Assembly (NCBI GenBank): GCA_045047305.1
Contig: JASFYO010000004.1
Span: 1-64,000 of the forward strand
DNA length: 64,000 nt
Reading direction: 5' to 3'
DNA from: Planctomycetota bacterium
Lineage (GTDB): Bacteria > Planctomycetota > UBA1135
The notes beneath the pieces were generated by a model. It had not been told where the DNA came from, did not search any database, and saw only the letters and a program-made list of their open reading frames with translations. Both the position numbers and the translations under genes were made by a program. This document shows, piece by piece, positions 8,140 to 16,800 of this stretch. Numbering within the stretch: position 1 is the first letter of the stretch; each line of letters begins with the position of its first letter.

Positions 8140-10297
8140 AGACCACCTTGAAAGTCACATCGCTTTCCGTAGGAACGATGGGTCCTGTGGCGAGCTCTTC
8201 CCACGCGGAATCTAAAACCACAAAAACTTCACGCCCGTCTTCTACAATCCAGCGAAACCTAGCTTGTAGGCCAAGGGTGTCGGTTTGATTATCGGATTGG
8301 ATTAAGGTCTCAAGGCTAGTTTCAGAGTCGAAGGAAAAATCCACGGCGAAACGCTCGATGCGCACCGTAAATCCGCCACCCGAAATATCTCCACGATTCT
8401 CGATGTAATCCAATCCGAGGTTTAATCTCGCGTTGGGGTGCCAGTTGATGCCGGAACGAAAACGAAAAATCCTACCGTCGTACCAGTTTCCACCAGTAAG
8501 TTCGATACGACCAGAAAACTCCCGTGACTGTGAAGAAGCGAAACGCAAACTGTGTTCTGCCCAACTGTAACTACCCGGTTGGATGGCCAATGCGCTGGTC
8601 ACGTTGAAGGCAGAGTTTGGACGATCGGTATTAAGGAATGTATTAAAGCGGATGGAATCCCCGCTGTGGAATTCCGCCTCAAACAAGCCAAGTCGCACCG
8701 TGGAGCTAATCGCCGCGCCGCCTAAATCAGACCAAACCAATGGAGCAATACCAAAACTGTAACGCCTCACTGGGCCCCGGGAAGGTCGTGGATTCCAGAA
8801 CACGGAAGCCTGGGTGCGCATTTCTCCGGGACGGCGGACAAAGCCAAGTGCGGGTTGGAAGTCTGACTGAGTGCCTAAAACGGAAAGCGAGTAATTCCAA
8901 AAGGAAGTGGAAAGGTTGGCCTCGGCGCCAAATCCAAGGCCGCGACGATGGATGGCTTCATCGTCGCTGTGAAGGAAATAGGTGTTAAGACTAAGGTTTC
9001 CAGGCAGTACTTGAGTAGTCGACCAACGGAAATCGGCGCCCACTACTGTGTTGGAAAAATCACTTGCCGGATTGCCATCGGTAAACAAAGCACCGACCGC
9101 CATGCTCGGAGAAATGTTATAGGAAGGACGGAAAACAAAAATCTCGCCCTCGGGCGTGTTGGAGATGGGAGCGGCGTCGGTGCTTACGCCTAGAAAACCG
9201 AGATCCCAATTTCCAGCACGCCCTGCGAGACGCAACCCTGCGTTGATAGGGACTTCTTGCCCGGATTGAAGACCGATGCGACGACTAAAGAAAGGGACGA
9301 GATTGCCCCCAGAACTTCCACGTCGGCCACGTTCTCCAAACTGAAATAAGGTGGAATCCTGTAAAAAGAAGTGACGTTTCTCCGGGAAAAACAAGGGGAA
9401 GCGGGAAAGGTTGACGCGCCGCTCATCGACTTCTGTTTCTGCAAAATCGGTATTCCAGGTGATGGAGCTATTTAGCTGCGGAGTGATATTCCAACTCAAC
9501 TCTCCGCCTAAATCGCGCTCTAGACTCGACGCATTCCCACTCGGGTTAAGGCTCTTCATCTTAAAAAAAGGACGAAACTCCAAACCACTCCCCTGCTTGA
9601 TTCCTGAAAATCCACTCAGCGTGCCAGCCTCACTTACATTACCGATGAACAGTTCCCGTTTTGCGCCTGCCCAGCGAAAGGAACTACGGTCGACGCCACG
9701 GGTGCGTTGAAAGTTCGCGCCCCAGACATCGTTATCTCCAAAGGACATAGTGGCAAAGGGAATCGCAATCTCTGCGACCCAACGATCGGCCAAGACTTTA
9801 GTTTCTGCTTTCCAGAACCCATCCCACGGCTTATTAAAGCGGCGCCCGTTTTCACCGAGCAGAGCGTCGCCACGGGAGCCCGCTGCCGAAATTTGGAAAA
9901 AGTAAGAGGACTTGGAGTCGTGGAAGGTGTCGAAGACAAACTCAACGCGGTCATCATTGCTCAAAAAAGCATCACGACGCAAGTTCTGCAGCACGAGGCC
10001 TTCGCGGTTCGGCTCCATGCAAGTGATGGCAAGATAGACATGCGTATCTGAGCGCAAGATGCGAATGCTAGTCCGTGGGTCTCCTGGGTCGCCCTCGTTG
10101 GGGATAACCTCGGTGAACTGATTTAGAAGTAAAGCTTGCCCCCATGCTGGTTCCTCAAAGACTCCATCCAGCTTGATGGGGTCCTGGGTCACTGGAACTC
10201 GGCCTGAAGGCTGTAGAGTGGCGCTCGGTTCTTGGGCCGACAATGCGGGAACACCCAAACATGCCAATGTTAGGGATAGAAAAAAAGATTGGTGCAT
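8123..10297 (-). CDS. CBM9-like domain + DUF5916 outer-membrane protein
   Basis: IKLDGVFEEPAW, WVAEIAIPF (CBM9-like); NTDFAETEVD...RFPLFFPEKRHFF...FFSRRIG (DUF5916); terminal Phe. Confidence 0.8.
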   Translation of the reverse strand: MHQSFFLSLTLACLGVPALSAQEPSATLQPSGRVPVTQDPIKLDGVFEEPAWGQALLLNQFTEVIPNEGDPGDPRTSIRILRSDTHVYLAITCMEPNREGLVLQNLRRDAFLSNDDRVEFVFDTFHDSKSSYFFQISAAGSRGDALLGENGRRFNKPWDGFWKAETKVLADRWVAEIAIPFATMSFGDNDVWGANFQRTRGVDRSSFRWAGAKRELFIGNVSEAGTLSGFSGIKQGSGLEFRPFFKMKSLNPSGNASSLERDLGGELSWNITPQLNSSITWNTDFAETEVDERRVNLSRFPLFFPEKRHFFLQDSTLFQFGERGRRGSSGGNLVPFFSRRIGLQSGQEVPINAGLRLAGRAGNWDLGFLGVSTDAAPISNTPEGEIFVFRPSYNISPSMAVGALFTDGNPASDFSNTVVGADFRWSTTQVLPGNLSLNTYFLHSDDEAIHRRGLGFGAEANLSTSFWNYSLSVLGTQSDFQPALGFVRRPGEMRTQASVFWNPRPSRGPVRRYSFGIAPLVWSDLGGAAISSTVRLGLFEAEFHSGDSIRFNTFLNTDRPNSAFNVTSALAIQPGSYSWAEHSLRFASSQSREFSGRIELTGGNWYDGRIFRFRSGINWHPNARLNLGLDYIENRGDISGGGFTVRIERFAVDFSFDSETSLETLIQSDNQTDTLGLQARFRWIVEDGREVFVVLDSAWEELATGPIVPTESDVTFKVVYALRF

Positions 10298-10340
10298 GCG
10301 GGGAGGTAGGACCGGAGCAGGACCCTCGGATTCTACGCTC

Positions 10341-11378
10341 CTACTTTGAAATGCGCGCTAGGACTTTGCGCCCCAATCCGGTCAGCGGGACCTCTTCCGG
10401 AGCGCGGAGCTGAGTGCTCCCACTTTCAGGGGCGCCGTGAACTTCAAAAACGTGGGCCTGTATGCGATGGTGGGTAATCGTGTGCTTCACTACCCCATGA
10501 AAAAGAAGGCTTTGCGAAGGCTGAAGCAGGGACTGTGCCAATTCTTGGGGACAACCTTGATCCAGGATTTTAGATGGCGGTTCGAATAGGCCTGGGCTCC
10601 ATCCGCCTTCTTGCTCCACCAAATGGACCCGCACTCCCACCCTGTGGACGAGAAAGACCATCTCCAGATCCACCCATTTTTTCGCCTTCTTTGGCAGAGG
10701 CAACTCGGCTGTTCGACCTAGTGCCAAGGCTTGGCAAGAATCCATCACAGGACAAGTGTTGCAGCTTGGATTTCGCGGCAAACAAACCGTGGCACCAAGC
10801 TCCATCAAGGCCTCGTTCAACTCACCGGCCGCGGACTCATCTCCCTCCGGCAACTCCTCCATCCACCGCGCTCCCTGCGCTTCCGCCGCGCGATGAAGAG
10901 CCACGGCGTCGGCCGCTAAATCTAGCGCGCACCATCGAGAAACCACACGCTTCACATTGCCATCGACGACAGGCACCCGTTCCCCAAACGATAGCGACGC
11001 AATCGCTGCAGAAGTGTAAGCACCGATGCCTGGAAGAGAACGCAGGTCGGCAGCATTTTGCGGAAAGATACCACCCCATTCTTGCACCAGCATTTTCGCA
11101 GCTGCGTGCAGAAAGCGTGCTCGTCGGTAATACCCAAGGCCTGCCCATGCTTTCAGCACATCTTCCTCGGGAGCCACTGCCAGATCCTGCGCGGTAGGAA
11201 ATACGCAGAGGAAATTCTCGAAATATGGCACAACCGCCTCCACTCGCGTTTGCTGCAGCATGATCTCCGCAATCCAGGTGCGATAAGGGTCGCGTAACCC
11301 ACGTACATCCGCCTCACGCCATGGCAAAGACCGCTGCCGGTCGGCAAACCATGCCCGCAGCAGAAAGGGGAAACTCAA
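10341..11378 (-). CDS. mutY: A/G-specific adenine glycosylase MutY
   Basis: EIMLQQT, WAGLGYY, HhH LPGIGAYT, VDGNVKRV, Fe-S loop CLPRNPSCNTCPVMDSC. Confidence 0.95.
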   Translation of the reverse strand: MSFPFLLRAWFADRQRSLPWREADVRGLRDPYRTWIAEIMLQQTRVEAVVPYFENFLCVFPTAQDLAVAPEEDVLKAWAGLGYYRRARFLHAAAKMLVQEWGGIFPQNAADLRSLPGIGAYTSAAIASLSFGERVPVVDGNVKRVVSRWCALDLAADAVALHRAAEAQGARWMEELPEGDESAAGELNEALMELGATVCLPRNPSCNTCPVMDSCQALALGRTAELPLPKKAKKWVDLEMVFLVHRVGVRVHLVEQEGGWSPGLFEPPSKILDQGCPQELAQSLLQPSQSLLFHGVVKHTITHHRIQAHVFEVHGAPESGSTQLRAPEEVPLTGLGRKVLARISK

Positions 11379-11680
11379 AGCTCTTTTTCCAGTTCACGCA
11401 AGCGGCGGTCTACCACGAAAGGTCCGAACGGAAAGACCGCCGCAACCATAAGAGCACTCGCCGTTTTCTTAGAAATCGGAACCCTTTTGATGCACAGGAA
11501 AGCGAACACCACCAAACTCACGAATAGGAAGCCGTGAACCGAGCCAGCAATCCGAACGGCAATCTCGATTCCTGCCAAGTACTTCAACGGCATGGCAACA
11601 CCAAACAAGATGAGGGTCGAAGTACCTTCGGTCAGGCTAAGCAAACGCAGGCGCCGCAGGGTAGTTGGGTTAGTAGCCAT
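11375..11680 (-). CDS. DUF3817 family small membrane protein
   Basis: EGTSTLILFGVAMPLKY, GSVHGFLF, FPFGPF; start taken at ATG 11680. Confidence 0.85.
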   Translation of the reverse strand: MATNPTTLRRLRLLSLTEGTSTLILFGVAMPLKYLAGIEIAVRIAGSVHGFLFVSLVVFAFLCIKRVPISKKTASALMVAAVFPFGPFVVDRRLRELEKEL

Positions 11681-11742
11681 GCGGCGAAAGTATAGCTTTG
11701 GCCTATTCGTTGATGGGAGAAAGCGGATAATGCCTAGCACGG

Positions 11743-14310
11743 ATGAAGCACCTTTCCCTTTTCCTCTACTTCACCGCCCTCGCCGGCATGCTGCTCGGCG
11801 TTGGCGAGTGCGTCGGCTTGGCTTTGGGCGGCGCCACCTCGGATTCCCTTCTTGCAGCGGCCTTCCTTCTGCTTGCACTAGGCCTCGGCGCACGTCATGT
11901 CGGCGCGGGCTTCGCACCTTTGCGGGCCTCCTTTGCCTTGCTGGGCCTGGCGGGAGCTTTACCCCTGCTGGCAGGATTCGCTCCACTCGGAGCAGCATTC
12001 GCAGCCTTCCTTTTCCTCCCCTTACGCGCCACCGGCGCACGCTTGGCGGCTGCTGTTGGCACCACGGCCTCGGGGACATCTCTGCTCGCTCTTGGCTCCT
12101 TCTTTGCATGGATCCTCACCTCAGCATGGGCTCCTGGCCTACCTGGATTCCTTGGCCTTTGGTTCGTCGCCGGAGTTCTCCAACGCTATGTCATCCCAGC
12201 TCCAACCAAGGATCAAGCGACCCCGACGCCTCCCGTCTCCACCCTGATTCCGAGCTTGCTTAGCGGCGCCGGAATCGTGTTGCTTTTCTTTATGCTTTCG
12301 CCGTATTTTGCGCTACTTGACTCCGGCGCACTAAATCAAGATTTACGTCGCGGCATGGCTCTTGGCGCCGCATTCTTTGCTTTGTGGTTCACTCTAGGGA
12401 GTGCCTTCGCCGAAACTAAATTGCGCTTCTATGTAGTTGCATTTTGCGCAGGCGCACTCGCCGTGATGGTCGGTGTGTTCTTTCAATTAGTAGAATTCCA
12501 CGCACAGCCAGAAGGCTACTACGGGTGGCTCTCAAACACTCGCCTACTTGGGTGGGCCAATGCTGACACTCGTGTTCTATCCGAAGAAAGCGCTCTCTAC
12601 GCTCCGGTTCTTGCCCTAGTGATGTTCGGTATTCCATTTGCTTTGGGTGGCTTACTTCTACGCAATACCATCCAACAAGATGGCGCAGGGCCAGGGCCGA
12701 ACTCTATATCACCTTTACTTGGCGGCGCCGGAGTGGCCTGTCTTGCAGCCGCGGTTTTACCTACAACCACCCTCTTCCCTAACCTTGCCACCCTCGCCGC
12801 TGCGCTTCTTCTTCTTGCAGGAATATCCGCCTTATGGGCAGCAAGCAAGAACCTGATGGTCACGGCAGCTGGCCTTGCAGCAGCACTAGTTGCAGGTGCG
12901 TTCATCTTCTCTACGGATGAGCCAAAACACCTTCAACACCCTCTATTAGACGCCTATGTCTGGTTTCCACTCGAGCAGAAAAGCGACTTCTTTGCACTTC
13001 CACGAGTTCTAGAACGCACCTCAGGACAACCAGAAACGGACCCTGACAAGGTACACCTTTTTGACGGAAGAAATCAGGTTTCTCCTTCTGTCGAACAATA
13101 CCAAGCCTTGCGCGCCGAAGCACTCTTCGCAAAATCTCTGGCCGGATCTGGCGACTCCATTTGCTGGGTTGGGATTCCAGACCCTCAAACTGCAATCGTG
13201 TTCCTCGATGGAGCTACCACACTCACGCTTGCCTGCGATCCGCCCTCCCTCGCGCAGATGGCATTACGGGAAGTCGAAAATGACGCCTTAGACTTCCAAA
13301 ATAGTTTGGCGCACAGTGATGGGCCTTACAATTTGGTTTTCTTGCAAAGCGTTGCGATGTGGGAAAGTCGCCACTCCGTCATGCGTGCCGAACTTTTACG
13401 CCAAGCTTCATTGCGTTTGGTGAAGAACGGCGTTTGCGCCTTTGTGGTTTCTCCCCATGAACTGCAGCCTGGCATGTTGCCGCAATGGATCGAAGAATTC
13501 CAAAACATTTTTGCGCAAACTTCCGTCTTTGTTCTGCCACATGGACTAAGCGGCATGCGGCTCATGATTGCCGGACGCAAGCCCACCGAAGATGGTGCAG
13601 AGTGGCCACTGCCCCAAGCAGAAACCGCGACCACCTTAGAAGAACTCGGCCTTCCGCTGTTTGATGCCGACGACCTCGCCGCGCTCGAAGTGCCTCTGCC
13701 CAACCCAGTTGGCGCCGGCCGCACTTTTCTGTTCCGTGGCCCATTTCGACCTGCCGACGCAGTCCTCGCCACTACTGCCTACCAACTCATTCCGGAACTC
13801 ACCCTAGTGGATCGCGCGAGTGCCGTGCTTGCGGATTTACACAACTATGAGAATGGTGAAAGCCCATCCTTGCTCGGTTTTTACGCAGCGCAGTTCGATG
13901 CCCAGGAATATTCGGTACATGACACTTACCTCGGTGGAAACCCGTTCGCAACGGAGACCAGTGCCAAAGCATTGGACCTCCTCATGCAAACCACCAAAGC
14001 CTTCCCGCAAGCTGCAACCCTGCACCGAACTTGGGCCGAGGTAGGCGTCGGCCTGGTCGAATCGCGCGAAATCGAATGGCTGGATCGCTACTTCAACCAA
14101 TTGTGGAAAGATTTCGGGTGGAACGATGCCGAAATTCACCTCGCGCTTGCCCATTCCGCGATGGAGCTACTGGATTTCGAGCTCGCTCTAGAGCACCTCG
14201 ATTTTATCTTACAAATATACCCCAACTTCTTGCCAGCCAAAGAGTTGAAGCAACTTGCGGAAAATGAAGAGCAAGCTCCTAACGATTCACACGCTGGGCA
14301 TAATCACTAG
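11743..14310 (+). CDS. Polytopic membrane protein fused to a degenerate spermidine-synthase-like domain and C-terminal TPR-like helices
   Basis: About 13 hydrophobic segments, then YNLVFL...LVKNGV...FQNIF (spermidine-synthase-like); TPR-like end and His-rich tail HAGHNH. Confidence 0.55.
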   Translation: MKHLSLFLYFTALAGMLLGVGECVGLALGGATSDSLLAAAFLLLALGLGARHVGAGFAPLRASFALLGLAGALPLLAGFAPLGAAFAAFLFLPLRATGARLAAAVGTTASGTSLLALGSFFAWILTSAWAPGLPGFLGLWFVAGVLQRYVIPAPTKDQATPTPPVSTLIPSLLSGAGIVLLFFMLSPYFALLDSGALNQDLRRGMALGAAFFALWFTLGSAFAETKLRFYVVAFCAGALAVMVGVFFQLVEFHAQPEGYYGWLSNTRLLGWANADTRVLSEESALYAPVLALVMFGIPFALGGLLLRNTIQQDGAGPGPNSISPLLGGAGVACLAAAVLPTTTLFPNLATLAAALLLLAGISALWAASKNLMVTAAGLAAALVAGAFIFSTDEPKHLQHPLLDAYVWFPLEQKSDFFALPRVLERTSGQPETDPDKVHLFDGRNQVSPSVEQYQALRAEALFAKSLAGSGDSICWVGIPDPQTAIVFLDGATTLTLACDPPSLAQMALREVENDALDFQNSLAHSDGPYNLVFLQSVAMWESRHSVMRAELLRQASLRLVKNGVCAFVVSPHELQPGMLPQWIEEFQNIFAQTSVFVLPHGLSGMRLMIAGRKPTEDGAEWPLPQAETATTLEELGLPLFDADDLAALEVPLPNPVGAGRTFLFRGPFRPADAVLATTAYQLIPELTLVDRASAVLADLHNYENGESPSLLGFYAAQFDAQEYSVHDTYLGGNPFATETSAKALDLLMQTTKAFPQAATLHRTWAEVGVGLVESREIEWLDRYFNQLWKDFGWNDAEIHLALAHSAMELLDFELALEHLDFILQIYPNFLPAKELKQLAENEEQAPNDSHAGHNH

Positions 14311-14463
14311 ACCAAGCCTGGCAATCTAGCGCTCCAGCCGTAGCCTCACCAATAAACCGCGAGTTTCCAACCTTATGTTCAAGCTTGCAAAGCGGGATTC
14401 GCTACATTTCTCAGGTCGGCAACTCGTCGGCACCTCCCTTTCTCTCTCGAATAAGGAATCCCC

Positions 14464-16173
14464 ACGAAAAACATCCTCTTTCCGTTGGCGGTTGCCGCAT
14501 TGGCAATCCCCGGTTACGCGCAGAACCCGCGCACGCCTGTGCAACTCGATGCCGGCCTCGGCAAAGCCGTTGGGCCAGCAGTTTCATCCGACGGCGACCT
14601 CACTGCCATTGTTTGGAAAGAAGACATCACCAACCAGATGTTTGCATCTACATCCACTGATAACGGATGTACTTGGAGTACAGCTGTACGTATCGATGAT
14701 TCCCCTAACGCAAATGGCAAGTTTGCAAAGGACATCGGACTTGTCGTGGACAACGGCGTGATCTACTCCACTTGGAGTGACGATCGCAACGTCGCATTCG
14801 ACGCAGACCTTTACTTCACCATGTCCACCGATGGTGGCATGACTTGGAGCCCAAACGTGGCGATCGACAAGGGCTACCCATCTGGCGCCAACGATGTCAA
14901 AGATTGGCGCATCATGGCCAACGGCAACAACATTGCCGTTATGTGCTCCACGGAGAATGACCTTGGCGGATTCAACGAAGAAGTTTTCCTGACCGTCTCC
15001 ACCGACGGCGGCCTAACCTTTGGTACCGCCATGCCGATTAGCGCCCACGCGACTGGCACGGTAGACGTGGACAGCATCGCAGCAGTGATGTCTAACGGCA
15101 CGGTCCACATGGCTTGGCAGGATAACTTTAGCGTGCTGAACAACGAGTGCTTTTACTCGAGCTACGACATGGCGACCGGCACCTTCAACTCCACCGACAT
15201 TTTGGTTAGCGCTAGCGTTGCCGGCGGTTTTGTGGAATGGGACCTTGCTATGGCTGCAAGTGGAAACACTGTGGCGATTGCTTACCAAGCTGACAACCTT
15301 CCAACTGCAAGCTCGGACGTATTACACGTGAATACCTCCACCGATAATGGAGTGACTTGGAATGGTGGCGTTTTGGTGGGCGGCTACGTCGCTGGAACCC
15401 ATGACACCGATCACCCAATCCTCATGGCTAACTCCAATGGCAACATCACCATGTGCCATGAAGATAACCGTAACGGTAGCGATGAGCTGTTCGTGAACAC
15501 CTCCACTGACGGTGGTGCAACCTGGACCGAGTCTGCTTCCATGGGCGGCGGCGGCTACCCAGCAATCGCTGGCGATGGCGACTACGTAGCTGCTTACTGG
15601 ACGGGACCGTCTTTCCCAGAAGGCACTCCTATGACCGTTTCCCGAGATGGCGGCGTAACCTTTGCGGCTCCGGTTGACATGACTGGCGGCCAAGTTGGCG
15701 ACGCTGACTTCGCCGAGATCAGCTTCAACGCCAAGTACGACAATTTCGTGGTCACCTGGTTGGATGACTCCTCTGGAGTGAACCAAGTCTTCGCTGGTGG
15801 CGCACGTTCTAGTGGTGTCACTCCGGTTGGCCCATTCATCGCTGGCAGCCCAATCAACTTCACGGGTGCTGGTTTCGGCGCTTCGGAAGCTGGAAACGAA
15901 TTCATGGTTTTGGTCTCGACCGCAAAGGGCACCGCAGCCATTCCAGGCGACGGACGCTCGGTTGGCCTCCTCTTCAGCCCAGTTCTGCTTCAGTCCGCTG
16001 CAGCAGCAGCTCTGAAAGGCACCATCCTTGCCGACGGCACCGCAGCCACTCCTGTAGTGAACTTTCCACCTAGCTTCGTTATCGGTACCACGCTCTCTTG
16101 TGTGGCACTTTCTAACGCAGGCGGCGGCAGCTACGACTCCATCACCGATGTTGCGACCTTCACCGTTCAGTAA
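14464..16173 (+). CDS. Secreted BNR/Asp-box repeat (sialidase-fold) protein with C-terminal beta domain; probable ACG start
   Basis: Six S-[TR]-D-x-G-x-T-[WF] Asp boxes; extending to the in-frame ACG at 14464 gives signal peptide MKNILFPLAVAALAIPGYA (ORF track starts at TTG 14485). Confidence 0.75.
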   Translation, partial: TKNILFPLAVAALAIPGYAQNPRTPVQLDAGLGKAVGPAVSSDGDLTAIVWKEDITNQMFASTSTDNGCTWSTAVRIDDSPNANGKFAKDIGLVVDNGVIYSTWSDDRNVAFDADLYFTMSTDGGMTWSPNVAIDKGYPSGANDVKDWRIMANGNNIAVMCSTENDLGGFNEEVFLTVSTDGGLTFGTAMPISAHATGTVDVDSIAAVMSNGTVHMAWQDNFSVLNNECFYSSYDMATGTFNSTDILVSASVAGGFVEWDLAMAASGNTVAIAYQADNLPTASSDVLHVNTSTDNGVTWNGGVLVGGYVAGTHDTDHPILMANSNGNITMCHEDNRNGSDELFVNTSTDGGATWTESASMGGGGYPAIAGDGDYVAAYWTGPSFPEGTPMTVSRDGGVTFAAPVDMTGGQVGDADFAEISFNAKYDNFVVTWLDDSSGVNQVFAGGARSSGVTPVGPFIAGSPINFTGAGFGASEAGNEFMVLVSTAKGTAAIPGDGRSVGLLFSPVLLQSAAAAALKGTILADGTAATPVVNFPPSFVIGTTLSCVALSNAGGGSYDSITDVATFTVQ

Positions 16174-16206
16174 GTAAGGGAAAGGTACTGGCTATAGAGG
16201 TCAGTC

Positions 16207-16238
16207 AGGGTCCGCACTCTCGAGTGCGGACCCTTTTT
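16207..16238 (+). terminator. Rho-independent terminator
   Basis: Perfect 12-bp stem AGGGTCCGCACT-ctcg-AGTGCGGACCCT followed by a T run. Confidence 0.88.
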
Positions 16239-16301
16239 CTTCAGGATGTCGGATTTTGAAGTATCCTAGAGCACCCTGGACCGTCCTCCCTTTCGATCCC
16301 A

Positions 16302-16679
16302 ATGCTACTTACCTTCTTACACGCTGCCCTCCTGGTTCTCGCTCCGACTCAAACAGTTGCCGACCAGGACTTTACATCGACTCAGGTCGTCGCTGGCACA
16401 GCTACTGCCCCCACCATTCTGTTTGTATTCCCTGCTGAGGGTCAAACTCTCGACCCAGTCCTAATCGTAGGCACCAACTTTGGCGACCTGCCGATTCCCT
16501 TCTTTGGTTTCATCCCTTCGGCTCCTCTGTTCCTCTTCAACACCCCGCGGCTCCCTGTCCTTGGGCAGCTTTCTGTGATGGTTACGGGTGTCCCACCAAC
16601 CTTCTTTCCGGGCAGGGTCGGCCTCACGGTTCTGGCGAACTTCCAGAGTAGTAATGCAGTGAACTTCCGCATTTTGTAA
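16302..16679 (+). CDS. Small secreted hypothetical protein, IPT/TIG-like
   Basis: Signal peptide; P-x-I...P...G...IVGTNFG...SNAVNF pattern. Confidence 0.55.
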   Translation: MLLTFLHAALLVLAPTQTVADQDFTSTQVVAGTATAPTILFVFPAEGQTLDPVLIVGTNFGDLPIPFFGFIPSAPLFLFNTPRLPVLGQLSVMVTGVPPTFFPGRVGLTVLANFQSSNAVNFRIL

Positions 16680-16800
16680 TCTTATATACACTGCGGTTTA
16701 CACTGCAATTTCGCAGAAAACCCGCAAGCTAGGCTATAACCCGCGCTGCCATCCTCACTTTTGGGGATGGTCCTCCCACAACCACGCATTCATCCCAAAC

